A stretch of 63,573 bases of DNA, filler included, from an uncultured Methanosarcinales archaeon (GTDB taxonomy: Archaea > Nanobdellota > Nanobdellia > Woesearchaeales > CAZKBD01): the NCBI GenBank assembly GCA_964550945.1. It is 5 parts of 5 records of this genome, joined end to end, with 100 filler letters (N's around TTAATTAATTAA, not from the genome) between each part and the next. Parts side by side here need not be neighbours in the genome. Positions count along the whole stretch, not along the records: positions 1 to 13,415 come from CAZKBD010000050.1; positions 13,516 to 26,847 come from CAZKBD010000051.1; 3 more parts are not named here. One strand, written 5' to 3'. Positions 9,912 to 20,390 of the stretch are shown here, piece by piece. A model generated the notes under the pieces. That model was not told the DNA's origin and searched no databases. It saw nothing but the letters and a program-made list of their open reading frames with translations. The position numbers were made by a program, and so were the translations under genes. The stretch's first letter is position 1. Every line of letters starts with the position of its first letter.

Positions 9912-10733
9912 TTATCTGTTGACCCTTATAGTCAGGTCTTTTGTTTCTGTGATGTTACGTGCAGAGTCTTTTACTGAAATTGTGCAAAGTTTCAAACCCC
10001 CAGTAGCGTCATTTTTTATAGTAAAAATTAAAGCGATGATTGCTGATGCTCTAGGCCCTATGGTTTTATTAACAACTGTCTGGATATTAGTAGTGTTCAA
10101 GTTTGTGCATGTTATATTTGCAGTTGCGTTAGTAGCATTCCCGCCAGGATTGAAATAGCCTACTTTTATCACAACTTCCTCTCCAGCGCCAGCCACAATA
10201 TTTTCCCTTGATAGAGTGACTAACTGACCAGAATTAGGGGTAGGAGGTTCTGGTTCTTGACTAGCAATCTCTTCCAGATTTCCTGTTACTTTAGTAAACA
10301 TGCCCCTGATGAAACCTAGGCCTAAGCCAAGGATGGTTATTGCAAATATTATTATGATAATAGCTTCAACTGAGATGTTTAAAGAAGCCTTTTTGCCTAA
10401 ACCCAGTTTGATATTATGGTTGTATACTCCAAAGAAGATAAGGGCAGCAATAGCATAGATAATCATTATAATCGCAGTTTTTATCTTGCCATCAAGATAA
10501 TAAAAATAGATTGAATCCTTTGTATTAACAGCTTGGTACATTAAAAAGTCCGCATTACCAGCTATGCTTACTAAGGGTGTGACTTTGCCAAATTCGCTTG
10601 AGCCAGCTTCATTAGAAGCTATTTGTTGGCTTACAACAAGAGGTTCTTCAGCAAGCACAGCAATAGGCAATAGCAATAGGTTAATCAAAACCCACGATAA
10701 AATAAAAATTCTTGATGCTTTTTCAAATAACAA
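9912..10733 (-). CDS. Pilin-like protein with internal class III signal peptide (paralog 2)
   Basis: KKA/SLNISVEAIIIIIFAITILGLGLGFI after a ~115-aa N-terminal extension. Confidence 0.75.
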   Translation of the reverse strand: MLFEKASRIFILSWVLINLLLLPIAVLAEEPLVVSQQIASNEAGSSEFGKVTPLVSIAGNADFLMYQAVNTKDSIYFYYLDGKIKTAIIMIIYAIAALIFFGVYNHNIKLGLGKKASLNISVEAIIIIIFAITILGLGLGFIRGMFTKVTGNLEEIASQEPEPPTPNSGQLVTLSRENIVAGAGEEVVIKVGYFNPGGNATNATANITCTNLNTTNIQTVVNKTIGPRASAIIALIFTIKNDATGGLKLCTISVKDSARNITETKDLTIRVNR

Positions 10734-10745
10734 TGTTACACCCCT

Positions 10746-11600
10746 TTATTGGATTATCTTGATTGTGAAATCTCTGAATTGAGCTGGATTTACGTTTGGG
10801 AATCCTACTTTGCATAGATGCACTCCTGCTCCAGCAGTAGTTCCAGTAGGCACATTAAAAACAATCACGAAAGTTTCTTTTCCCTGTGATTTGATTATCT
10901 TTGGGTTGACTGACTCATCTGGCAATAGATCATCCGGCGACTCAGGATGTGATTCATTCCCCCAGTTTAAACAGCTTATATAAGGGGCACTAATATTAGT
11001 ATCTGTTCCTCCTGAATTGTAAACACCCACTTTTAAAACCTGCTGCTGCCCTTGATTTGAGATTATCTGTTCTCTGGATAATGTGATTGGTATCGCTCCA
11101 TTAGGATCAGAAGGCTCAGGCTCCTGCGCAACCTGCTGCTCTAGCTGTGTTGAGACCTTGCCAAACATCCCTCTTATAAAACCCAAGCCAAGGCCGAGCA
11201 TCGTAATAGCGAAAATAAGAATTATAATAGCTTCAACTGATATGTTTAAAGAAGCTTTTTTGCCTAAACCCAGTTTGATGTTATGGTTGTATACTCCAAA
11301 GAAAACAAGAGCAGCAATAGCATAGATAAGCATTATAATTGCAGTTTTTATCTTGCCATCAAGATAATAAAAATAGGTTGAGTCTTTTGCATTAATCGCG
11401 TTATACATCAAAAAATCAGCATTGATTGCAAGGCTTCCTAATGGCGTGACTTTGCCAAATTCGTTTAAACCAGCTTCATTAGAGCCTATTTGTTGGCTTA
11501 CAACAAGAGGTTCTTCAGCAAACACAGCAATAGGCAATAGTAACAGGTTAACCAAAACCCATGATAAAATGAAAATCCTTGATGCTTTTTCGAATATCAA
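10746..11600 (-). CDS. Pilin-like protein with internal class III signal peptide (paralog 1)
   Basis: N-terminal half nearly identical to 9912-10733; C-terminal Ig-like half divergent. Confidence 0.75.
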   Translation of the reverse strand: MIFEKASRIFILSWVLVNLLLLPIAVFAEEPLVVSQQIGSNEAGLNEFGKVTPLGSLAINADFLMYNAINAKDSTYFYYLDGKIKTAIIMLIYAIAALVFFGVYNHNIKLGLGKKASLNISVEAIIILIFAITMLGLGLGFIRGMFGKVSTQLEQQVAQEPEPSDPNGAIPITLSREQIISNQGQQQVLKVGVYNSGGTDTNISAPYISCLNWGNESHPESPDDLLPDESVNPKIIKSQGKETFVIVFNVPTGTTAGAGVHLCKVGFPNVNPAQFRDFTIKIIQ

Positions 11601-11737
11601 TTTTACACCTCTTTTTTAATAACGATATAAATACTGATAAGTGATTAATTGCACAACTAGTTTATAAATGTTTTGATTTTTTGATTCTACAAAATTTAAT
11701 AGGAAGGTTTAAATATTCTCTAATTTTTACTAAAATC

Positions 11738-12055
11738 ATGAGAAAAGAAGTTGGTTTATTGCTAAAGGAATTCAAGAAAAACCTTGCTAGGAAGATTAAA
11801 GTAGACAAATTGATATTATTTGGCTCAAGAGCAAAAGGTAAATCAGAAAAATCCAGTGATATAGACCTATTAATTGTATCCAGGGATTTTAGAGGTAAAA
11901 AATATTTCAAAAGGTCTCCTGAGTTTTATTTGATGTGGGATTACCCCTATGATGTGGATATATTATGTTTGACTCCCGAAGAATTAGAAGAGAAAAGAAA
12001 TCAAATAGGAGTAATACAAGAAGCCCTTAAAGAAGGCAAGCTGATTGCAGGTTAA
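11738..12055 (+). CDS. Minimal nucleotidyltransferase (MNT)
   Basis: ILFGSRAKG...SDIDLLIVS; no adjacent HEPN gene. Confidence 0.88.
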   Translation: MRKEVGLLLKEFKKNLARKIKVDKLILFGSRAKGKSEKSSDIDLLIVSRDFRGKKYFKRSPEFYLMWDYPYDVDILCLTPEELEEKRNQIGVIQEALKEGKLIAG

Positions 12056-12070
12056 TTCGAAGGAGGTATT

Positions 12071-12739
12071 TTGATGCAAAAAAGAGGAGCAATTGAATTA
12101 TCCGCAAATTTTATAGTGATGCTAATAATTTCTATTGTTGTGTTTGGCTTTGCAATCTACATGGTAACAAGGATATTTGGATTTGCAGAAGATGAAAGGC
12201 TTAGGCTTGACCAGCAGACAGAAAGCATGATTGAGAGCGCATTAGACAGAGGCGACAGGGTTTTTATCCCAAGAGAGCGGAGAACATCATACCCAGGAGA
12301 TACACAAGTGTTTGGAATGGGGATACTTAATGTTTTGGGGAGTGGGAATCCAGAAGATACGTTTGGGGTTATAGTAAATTTTACTAGAGCTTATGATAAG
12401 AGTGATAACCCTATTTGTAGTGATGCAACTTGCATTAACGATATGAACAAGAACTTATTAACCGCAGGCACTTCAACAGTAAATAACAAAGGATTGTATA
12501 CTGAAAAAACTATAAAAAATAATGATAAGACCACTTTTTTGATTGGAGTCAAAATACCTAATGATAAAAAATCAGGGACTTATATCTACAATCTTTATGT
12601 TGCGTATGATATAGATAATAGTAATAATATAGAATGCGGTGACTTTGGAGGGGTTGGCTCTAATCCTGATTGCCAAATCGCTAATCCTAACAATTTATAC
12701 GATTCTCAAATACACAAATTGTATGTGGTTGTGCCTTAG
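12071..12739 (+). CDS. Class III signal peptide (archaeal pilin-like) protein
   Basis: KRG/AIELSANFIVMLIISIVVFG. Confidence 0.75.
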   Translation: MMQKRGAIELSANFIVMLIISIVVFGFAIYMVTRIFGFAEDERLRLDQQTESMIESALDRGDRVFIPRERRTSYPGDTQVFGMGILNVLGSGNPEDTFGVIVNFTRAYDKSDNPICSDATCINDMNKNLLTAGTSTVNNKGLYTEKTIKNNDKTTFLIGVKIPNDKKSGTYIYNLYVAYDIDNSNNIECGDFGGVGSNPDCQIANPNNLYDSQIHKLYVVVP

Positions 12740-12988
12740 CCAGCTCGTTTTTCGATAAAGGATAGTTAAAATCAATCGAGGGGACATTTCGTCAGTTAGG
12801 TGTTTAGTCTATAGTCTGGGGAGATTTCGTTCAAAACAAATAAGATTTATATACGAGTAGGTTTAAATTGGCATTGGGAGGATAGCTTATGAAAATTTGC
12901 GGACAACTTCTAAGATGTAATTCATTAGTTAAGAGTAAGGCTAATTTTGAATTTGAAGGCATTGCCCCAAATAATCCTGGAGAGTAGA

Positions 12989-13415
12989 ATGGACAAAGAT
13001 AATGCTCTTGTTGTATTCCAAGGCAAAAAGATCAGAAGGGCTTGGTTCAATGATGAATGGTGGTTTTCGGTAGTTGATATAATCGGAGCATTGACACAAA
13101 CCGATAGAGCCAGAAAGTATTGGTCTGACTTAAAAACTAAGCTTCAAGATGAAGGTTTTGAAGTGTCCGAAAAAATCGGACAGTTGAAATTAATGGCAGA
13201 AGATGACAAATCAAGGATTACAGACTGTGCCAATACAAAAAATATGTTTAGAATTATCCAGTCCATTCCATCTCCAAAAGCAGAGCCATTTAAGGAGTGG
13301 CTAGCCCAAGTCGGCTATGATAGGGTACAAGAGATAGAGAACCCTGAACTAGCCCAAAAACGAATGAAAGAGATTTACAAGCAAAAAGGCTATTCTGACG
13401 ATTGGATTGAAAAGA
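12989..13415 (+). CDS. BRO-N domain (antirepressor-like) protein, cut by contig end
   Basis: IRRAW...WWFSVVDIIGAL...RKYWSDLK...IIQSIPSPKAEPFKEWLA. Confidence 0.88.
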
Positions 13416-13515
13416 NNNNNNNNNNNNNNNNNNNNNNNNNNNNNNNNNNNNNNNNNNNNTTAATTAATTAANNNNNNNNNNNNNNNNNNNNNNNNNNNNN
13501 NNNNNNNNNNNNNNN
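13416..13515. other. Artificial contig linker
   Basis: N-run + TTAATTAATTAA + N-run, 100 nt. Confidence 0.98.
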
Positions 13516-13613
13516 TAGGCAACTAATAACTTAAGGGTTGTAATATCACATTTGCACATACTTTGTAAATAGCTCCTTTTGTTGGAAAAGATAGCAAAAG
13601 TTAAATAGAAGTG

Positions 13614-13957
13614 TTACAAATATGTAATTAATTTGTAAATAATAAGTTACTAATCTGTAAAGATAGTAATTTCCGAACCGAAATATTTATATATAAGTGT
13701 TACAAATATGTGATTAATAATTAGTTAATTTGTTAATAAATTGTTACAGATTAGTAAAAATGGCAGCAACGTTAAAAACCACCCCCTAAACGGGCGGCAT
13801 ATTTTGAGATGGCCTCCTTTTTATTGTGTGGTTTTTAATCGTGCTCAGAAATGATTTACATTTCTGACACACCAAAACCGAAATATTTATATATGAGTGT
13901 TACAAATATGTATACTATTTTACATAAATTAGATATTTAGTTGTTACAAATTTGTAA
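13614..13957. promoter_or_regulatory. Cluster of six TTAC-N6-GTAA-type operator palindromes with duplicated TATA promoter
   Basis: Sites at 13614, 13647, 13700, 13744, 13900, 13944; AACCGAAATATTTATATAT(A/G)AGTGTTACAAATATGT at 13676 and 13876. Confidence 0.75.
13841..13869 (+). repeat. Short hairpin element of the TGCTCA...TGACA family
   Basis: GTGCTCAGAAATG-ATTTA-CATTTCTGACA. Confidence 0.75.
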
Positions 13958-13967
13958 ATGAGCTAAA

Positions 13968-14129
13968 TTGGCAAAACGAATTTCGATTTCAATAGACGAA
14001 CAGCAGCTCGCTATTTTGAAATCCCTGAAGGGATATGGAAAGAAGGAAGCTGAGATTGTCAAGAATATCATGATGTCTTTCCTCTCAGAGAGGGGTTACA
14101 TTGAGCAATTCAATAAAAAAAGAAGGTGA
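13968..14129 (+). CDS. Small ribbon-helix-helix (CopG-like) regulator, 53 aa
   Basis: Below ORF-track cutoff; TTG start; MAKRISISIDEQQLAILKSLKGYGKKEAEIVKNIMMSFLSERGYIEQFNKKRR. Confidence 0.75.
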   Translation: MAKRISISIDEQQLAILKSLKGYGKKEAEIVKNIMMSFLSERGYIEQFNKKRR

Positions 14130-14170
14130 TAGAAACTAAGTTTCTAGCACATTTTAAAAAGGTGATGTAA

Positions 14171-15565
14171 ATGGCTAAAGAAAGAATAAAAAAAATGAAT
14201 AACATCCTGTTAGGTGTTATGATCCTTCAGATTATGATTCTTCCTTTAGCCACAGCGCAGGAAATAGGCGCTAGCGTGAGCTCTACAAAGATTGGAGAAG
14301 ATCAAATTATTACAGGCAACTTTAACAAGATAACTTCAATTGATAATACAAATTCAAAAACAAAATCTGAAAAGATTGGCCTGCTTGCCACAACCAATGT
14401 TAATATCCCTATCCAGGGAAAAGTCAGCTACCTAAATGCTCCTTACAATGGTGCTGTTCAAGTGTGCATTGCAGATGCAGCTACAAGCACATGTAATTCG
14501 AATGTTATAGTTACAAATGGGACATTTTATGCAAATATCCTAAATGTGCCAATAGAAGATCCCCATTCAGTGCATATATTGACAATCAACGTAAACGGAA
14601 CACAGGTTGTTAATGAAGAATTTTATCCAGCAGGCGCTCCTCAAGGCGATTTGACAGTAAATGGAAAGCTAATGGTAACTGGCGCTGGAATAACATTGGG
14701 CAATATTGATGCTCCTGGATCCATTAAATATGACAACGGTGATTTCTATGGATATACTAATGCCTGGCAAAGCTTAACTTCAGGAGGAGGTAGTGAATCA
14801 GGGCTTTGGATAAACCAAGGCAGTTATATTTACCCAACTATATTTGATACATTAACAATAACTAATTCTGGTTTAGGTATAGGGGTCACAAACCCTCTTG
14901 CTCCTTTACATGTTAATGGCTCTGCAATATTTGCAGGAGACGCACTTCCACCTTATAGTTCAGGAGAGCTGATTTATTCCCCAAGCGGCAATTACTACCA
15001 ATATTACAATAGCACTGATTGGGTTTTGTTTGGAAATGGAGCTATTAATTATAATGGCACCCTCTGGACAAGAAATGGCACAACCATCTACTATATAGAT
15101 GGGTATGTAGGAATAGGGACAGACAATCCTCAGGAATCTTTAGACGTTAACGGCACAATCCAGGCATCAGTTGATGTGTGTATTGATGGCGGCCGCTGCT
15201 TGAGCGCAGGCCCAGAAGCGCCTGTATTTGCAGGTGTAACAAATAGCTCTTATTCAGGGTTTATTACTTTCAATTTACTAACTGGTTATCAAGCAGCAAA
15301 TGCGATTTGCGGTAATGAATATTCCAGCAGCCACATGTGCACTCAAGATGAAGTTCTAAAGATAATTGCATACTCAGGCCCTCCATCTTATTCTGGAAAT
15401 GCTTGGCTGCAAAAAGGATCGCCAGGATACACAGCAGATGCAAACGATTGTGTTGGATGGACAAGCAACAGCAACCAAAAGCTTGCTGCATATTGGAGAT
15501 TCGCTGACAATTATGGGATCATGATTAACTGCCAAACGCAATTGCCTTTGGCGTGCTGCAGGTGA
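14171..15565 (+). CDS. Secreted fibre/adhesin-like protein with Cys-rich C-terminal domain
   Basis: Signal peptide; GIG(V/T)xNP repeats; C-terminus AANAIC...HMC...NDCVGWTS...LACCR. Confidence 0.75.
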   Translation: MAKERIKKMNNILLGVMILQIMILPLATAQEIGASVSSTKIGEDQIITGNFNKITSIDNTNSKTKSEKIGLLATTNVNIPIQGKVSYLNAPYNGAVQVCIADAATSTCNSNVIVTNGTFYANILNVPIEDPHSVHILTINVNGTQVVNEEFYPAGAPQGDLTVNGKLMVTGAGITLGNIDAPGSIKYDNGDFYGYTNAWQSLTSGGGSESGLWINQGSYIYPTIFDTLTITNSGLGIGVTNPLAPLHVNGSAIFAGDALPPYSSGELIYSPSGNYYQYYNSTDWVLFGNGAINYNGTLWTRNGTTIYYIDGYVGIGTDNPQESLDVNGTIQASVDVCIDGGRCLSAGPEAPVFAGVTNSSYSGFITFNLLTGYQAANAICGNEYSSSHMCTQDEVLKIIAYSGPPSYSGNAWLQKGSPGYTADANDCVGWTSNSNQKLAAYWRFADNYGIMINCQTQLPLACCR

Positions 15566-15570
15566 TCAAA

Positions 15571-18500
15571 ATGAAAACAAAAAATAACCACGGACAAAAA
15601 AACAAAAAATATAGTTTTATTGCTTTATCATTGATGATGATAATTAGTTTAAGCCCTTTAGCTTTCGCTGTTCAAGAAGATAATCCAATGACTAGCAGTA
15701 TCATCGCTAATAACAATGATTCATCTGGAGCATTTAACAAGATAACTCCAATCAACAAAAATATCCTAACAGAAAAATCAGAAAAAATAACTTTGTATGC
15801 TGTATGGAGAGATAATCCTGCAGCTTGTCCAACCATCTATGAAGGGGGAGGACAGCAATGCTCGCAAGCAGGAGAGGTTATGTGCGGTATTAATCCAAAT
15901 GGGAACACTCTTCAATGCTATCAATCTAGTAATCTCAATCCACCAGGAACAAGCAGAACAAGTTCTTCAATGCCTACATCTGGTTTAAGCGGTGGTTTTG
16001 TTATTGATTGCGGATACTATGACGGAACTGCTCCTCATTGCGACCTTGGTGGGCTATACTGGTGCAATAGTGATAGCTCCTGCTATAATGCTCACAGGCA
16101 AACAGAATGCACTGCCAATTTATGGAGTAACTTCACATGTAGCGACTGTATATCTGGTTATAACAATTGTGATACAGATAATAACGATTGCGAAATAACA
16201 AATGGTGTATCTTGCGGTTCTAATACAGGAACATACTCTAGTTGTCTCACAGTTGGTTCAGGAGGAACTGGAAATTGTGTTTCTACTGTTAATTCAGATT
16301 GCGATGATGATGACTCAGATACAGTTCAATCAACTTGTAATGGACTAAATGGTTGTGAAATCCATCCTGGAGAAAGCTGCACTATAATTGGAATTGGATT
16401 ATCAGGAACTTGCCAAGGTTGTGGAACTTCAGGAATAGACTCGCAGGGGAATCAGTGTAATTGCCAAGGCCAGCCAGTAAATTTCCAAACAGGAATAGAA
16501 GCAACATATTCCACATCTAACCCATTGCTATGGGGCAAACAATACGGCGAAGGTTTTTTAATTAATTTTACAAATACAAATGGTGAGTTCTGGGGCGTAA
16601 ATAATTCAGGATGCATTGTTTTCAATGACAGCACGGTTCAATGCAGCGCTGGTGTAGGCTCTGGAACTGTAGCAGACATCTGGGTAAATGAAACAGGAGA
16701 TACGATGACTGGAAATCTGAATCTCATCACCAATGCAAATCTAAGTGTTGATGGCAATGTTGGAATCGGAACAGCAACTCCAGGAGAAAAGCTGCAGGTT
16801 GAAGGCAACATAAATGCAACTGGAGATATCTGCATCACAGGAGGAAATTGTTTGAGTAACGTAAGTACAGGAACAGGAGATATTACAGGAGTAATTGCAG
16901 GAACAGGGCTTACTGGTGGTGGAACATCAGGAGAGATTACATTAAGCGCAAATACAACATATTTACAGCAAAGAGTTACAGGAACCTGTAATGCAAGCAA
17001 CAGCATCAGAACAATAAACGCTGATGGGACGGTTGTATGCGAAGCAGACGATGTTAACGATGCAGATTTTAATGCAACAAACGAAATACAAACACTAGGG
17101 ATATCTGGAAACAATATCACCCTTACTAGTGGAGGGAGTATTATAGCGCCTTATGCAACTAATGCTACATATGCAACTAATGCAACAAGACTGGCAGCAG
17201 ACGGCACAAACTGCGGAACAGGAAACTTCTCAACAGGAGTAGACGCGTCAGGAAACGCGCAAGGATGCGCTGCACCAACACTCGCAGAAGCAGACACACT
17301 GCAAACTGTTACAACTAGAGGAAACACAACAACAGCAAATATAACAACAGCAGGACTAACAGTAGATACAAACACATTATATGTAGATTCAACAAACAAC
17401 AGAGTCGGAATAGGAACAGCAAACCCAAATTCTACATTATCAGTAGGCGGTGATGGGGAGACATTTGCCAGCATTTACTCAACTGGCAAAAATTATGGAA
17501 TTATGGCTTATGGTACAACAGCTGGCGGTTGGTTCAGGGGGTCTGGTATAGGGACTACAGGCGTATACGCAATTTCAGAGGGTACTGCAATTCATGGAGA
17601 GGCGTTTGGACTCACTGCAACAGCAGGATATTTTGAGAAAGATGAATCTGGAGGTTCAGGTAGTGTTCTTAATGTATGGCAAAAAAACATAGGAGATTTT
17701 AATTCGACAGTTTTAACAGTCAGGCAGTCTGGTACAGGCAATATAATAAGCGCATCTAATTCTGGTGGACAAGTATTTACTTTGAAAAGTGATGGCAAAG
17801 TTGGAATAGGGACAACAACACCAAATGTAAAACTAGAAGTTAATGGAACAGTAAATGCCACAGAAGTCTGCACAACAAGTGGAAAATGCCTCAGCAATTT
17901 AGGCACAGGAACAGGAGATATAACAGGAGTAATTGCGGGAACAGGGCTTAGTGGTGGTGGAACATCAGGAGATGTAACACTAAACGCAAACTGCACTGCA
18001 ATTCTTGGCCATGCTTGTGGAACAGATAATGTCAATGATGCAGACAATTCAACAACAAACGAAATACAAACATTAGGGATATCTGGAAATAATATTACAT
18101 TATCACTAAACGGAGGAAGTGTGATTGCGCCTTATGCAACTAATGCTGATACTGTTGATGGCCAGCATGCAAGCGCATTTATGAATGCAACAACAGACAA
18201 TTGGGTCAACACAACAGGAGATACAATGACTGGAAATTTAAACATATCCAATAACGCAAATTTGACTGTTGCTGGCAGAGTAGGGATTAGAAATAGCAAT
18301 CCTACTTACTCTTTGTCTATTGGTGAGAATGTTACTGGTGGAGGAGAGATAATACAATTGATTAGTAATTCCACTGGTATAAGTGGCTATATTTTCTCCA
18401 GTAATGGCAATAAAGGAGGTATATATTATAACATGAATGGTGATTTGCTGAGATTCAGGACTAATGGAACAGACAACAGGCTAGTTATTGATGGCTCTGG

Positions 18501-20196
18501 AAAGGTAGGAATAGGAACAGCAAGCCCAGGAGCAAAATTGGATGTTGAAACTGCAGCTGGGCAAGGTGGAGCAGCAACAATTGGAAGCTCATCTAATAAT
18601 GCGAGTGGAGATTATGCAGTAGCAATGGGAAACGGTGCACAAGCAACAGGACAAGCATCAACAGCAATGGGATGGGGTGCACAATCATCAGGAATGTATT
18701 CAATAGCTATGGGAAGCAACACACAAGCAATAGGAATGTCCTCAGTTGCAATGGGAGAGAACACAAACGCATTAGGGGTAAGTTCAACAGCAATGGGAAA
18801 GTTAACAAACGCAACAGGAAGTTATTCGACAGCAATGGGATACGACACAAGCGCAACAGTAAACTATGCAACAGCAATGGGATACCAAACAACAGCATCA
18901 GGATTTTACACAACAGCAATGGGATATAATACAACAGCAGACGCAGGAAGTGCTGCGACAGCAATGGGATACAGTACCCGAGCAACAGGAAACTATGCAA
19001 CAGCAATGGGATACCAAACAACAGCATCAATGGCATCCTCGACAGCAATGGGATACAACACAAGCGCAACAGCAAACGATGCAACAGCAATGGGAAGAGG
19101 TACCCGAGCAACAGGAACAGCAGCAACAGCAATGGGATACAACACACAAGCAACACAAATGTATGCAACAGCAATGGGATTCAATACCCAAGCAACAGGA
19201 ACAGCTGCAACAGCAATGGGACAAGCAATAACTGTGTCAGGAATAAACTCAGTAGGAATAGGATTAGATACTACAGCAAGGACAGTTTCTCAGAATAATG
19301 TAATGGTAATCATGGGTGGCAATGTAGGAATAGGAACAACAACCCCAGAATCTGATTTAGAGATTGGAAACGCAACTGCTGATGGCAAGGCCACTCTTAA
19401 GCTAACTGGAGAATCGAGTATACGTCTCTTTGGCTCTGAAATATATGACCAGCCTAGTCGTTTAGGTACAGACCAGATAGGCAACCTAAACTTTAAAGGA
19501 GGTGGTTGTTCAGCTGCTACTGGGAATATAGCGCTAGTAACCTGTAATAATGAGTCAGCTTTATTCATGGAAGGATCGACAGGCCATATAGGGCTAGGAA
19601 CAAAAGATCCTGCATTCTTGCTTGACATGAACACAACAAATGCCCAAGGGCTAAGGATAAGGAATGATGCAGGAAACAAAAACAATGGGCTAGCGATTAT
19701 GACAGGAAGCATTGGAACATGGATAGACATAGTAAACACCTCAAGCCTTGCAGTTTATTCTAATAGTTATGCTAACCTTGGCAACTGGGTAGGTGGAAGA
19801 ACATATATAGTGTATATCAACGGCACTAGTGGGAATATAGGGATTGGTACAGGAAGCCCATTAGGAAAGTTAGACGTCAATGGAACAATTTACCAAAGAG
19901 GCGCATTATTACATGCAGATTATGTCTTTGAAGACAATTACAGCCTAGAATCAATCGAAGAACATTCTGACTATATGTGGAATAACAAGCACTTAAAAGC
20001 AGTTCCAAAGGCAATGAAGGATGAAAGTGGCCAGGATATTGTTAACATCGGAGAGCAGAATAAGGGAATGCTTGAAGAATTAGAAAAAGCGCATGTATAC
20101 ATCGAGCAATTAAATGGTGACCTAAAAGGATTAGAGCAAGAAAACCAAGCCCTGAAGCAAAGGCTCGATAAGATAGAGCAGGAATTAACACGATGA
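15571..20196 (+). CDS. Large secreted fibre/adhesin with YadA-head-like repeats and C-terminal chaperone-like coiled coil
   Basis: Signal peptide, Cys-rich N-terminus, repeated GNVGIGT motifs, 14-aa ATAMGY repeats, ADYVFEDNYSL...LEELEKAHVYIEQLN tail. Confidence 0.85.
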   Translation: MKTKNNHGQKNKKYSFIALSLMMIISLSPLAFAVQEDNPMTSSIIANNNDSSGAFNKITPINKNILTEKSEKITLYAVWRDNPAACPTIYEGGGQQCSQAGEVMCGINPNGNTLQCYQSSNLNPPGTSRTSSSMPTSGLSGGFVIDCGYYDGTAPHCDLGGLYWCNSDSSCYNAHRQTECTANLWSNFTCSDCISGYNNCDTDNNDCEITNGVSCGSNTGTYSSCLTVGSGGTGNCVSTVNSDCDDDDSDTVQSTCNGLNGCEIHPGESCTIIGIGLSGTCQGCGTSGIDSQGNQCNCQGQPVNFQTGIEATYSTSNPLLWGKQYGEGFLINFTNTNGEFWGVNNSGCIVFNDSTVQCSAGVGSGTVADIWVNETGDTMTGNLNLITNANLSVDGNVGIGTATPGEKLQVEGNINATGDICITGGNCLSNVSTGTGDITGVIAGTGLTGGGTSGEITLSANTTYLQQRVTGTCNASNSIRTINADGTVVCEADDVNDADFNATNEIQTLGISGNNITLTSGGSIIAPYATNATYATNATRLAADGTNCGTGNFSTGVDASGNAQGCAAPTLAEADTLQTVTTRGNTTTANITTAGLTVDTNTLYVDSTNNRVGIGTANPNSTLSVGGDGETFASIYSTGKNYGIMAYGTTAGGWFRGSGIGTTGVYAISEGTAIHGEAFGLTATAGYFEKDESGGSGSVLNVWQKNIGDFNSTVLTVRQSGTGNIISASNSGGQVFTLKSDGKVGIGTTTPNVKLEVNGTVNATEVCTTSGKCLSNLGTGTGDITGVIAGTGLSGGGTSGDVTLNANCTAILGHACGTDNVNDADNSTTNEIQTLGISGNNITLSLNGGSVIAPYATNADTVDGQHASAFMNATTDNWVNTTGDTMTGNLNISNNANLTVAGRVGIRNSNPTYSLSIGENVTGGGEIIQLISNSTGISGYIFSSNGNKGGIYYNMNGDLLRFRTNGTDNRLVIDGSGKVGIGTASPGAKLDVETAAGQGGAATIGSSSNNASGDYAVAMGNGAQATGQASTAMGWGAQSSGMYSIAMGSNTQAIGMSSVAMGENTNALGVSSTAMGKLTNATGSYSTAMGYDTSATVNYATAMGYQTTASGFYTTAMGYNTTADAGSAATAMGYSTRATGNYATAMGYQTTASMASSTAMGYNTSATANDATAMGRGTRATGTAATAMGYNTQATQMYATAMGFNTQATGTAATAMGQAITVSGINSVGIGLDTTARTVSQNNVMVIMGGNVGIGTTTPESDLEIGNATADGKATLKLTGESSIRLFGSEIYDQPSRLGTDQIGNLNFKGGGCSAATGNIALVTCNNESALFMEGSTGHIGLGTKDPAFLLDMNTTNAQGLRIRNDAGNKNNGLAIMTGSIGTWIDIVNTSSLAVYSNSYANLGNWVGGRTYIVYINGTSGNIGIGTGSPLGKLDVNGTIYQRGALLHADYVFEDNYSLESIEEHSDYMWNNKHLKAVPKAMKDESGQDIVNIGEQNKGMLEELEKAHVYIEQLNGDLKGLEQENQALKQRLDKIEQELTR
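18610..19230 (+). repeat. 42-nt-period coding tandem repeat
   Basis: Recurrent ACAGCAATGGGA every ~42 nt. Confidence 0.9.
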
Positions 20197-20229
20197 TTAA
20201 ACAGATACGCCAAAAAACTTAATAAAAAA

Positions 20230-20330
20230 ATGAAAGAACAAGAGCTCAAATTCATTTTGCAGGAAGGGGAAGGATATAATGTAGAGTTCAAGGAAAGCTA
20301 TTCGGGCTCAATAGATAAAGAAATCTGGAG
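20230..20330 (+). pseudogene. 5' stub of an AlbA_2/Schlafen-like gene
   Basis: MKEQELKFILQEGEGYNVEFKES...IDKEI, after which similarity ends. Confidence 0.7.
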
Positions 20331-20390
20331 CATATCCAAAAAAATGAATCAAGAAAACAAAGACAGAGAATTATTAAGGGCTTCGAATAA

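Noticed and set aside
18610..19230. CRISPR array
   Set aside because: The repeat is in-frame coding with a 14-aa period; no cas genes
18672..19231. Gln-rich (QQQWDT) and Cys-rich alternative-frame ORFs
   Set aside because: By-products of the 42-nt coding repeat in the fibre gene
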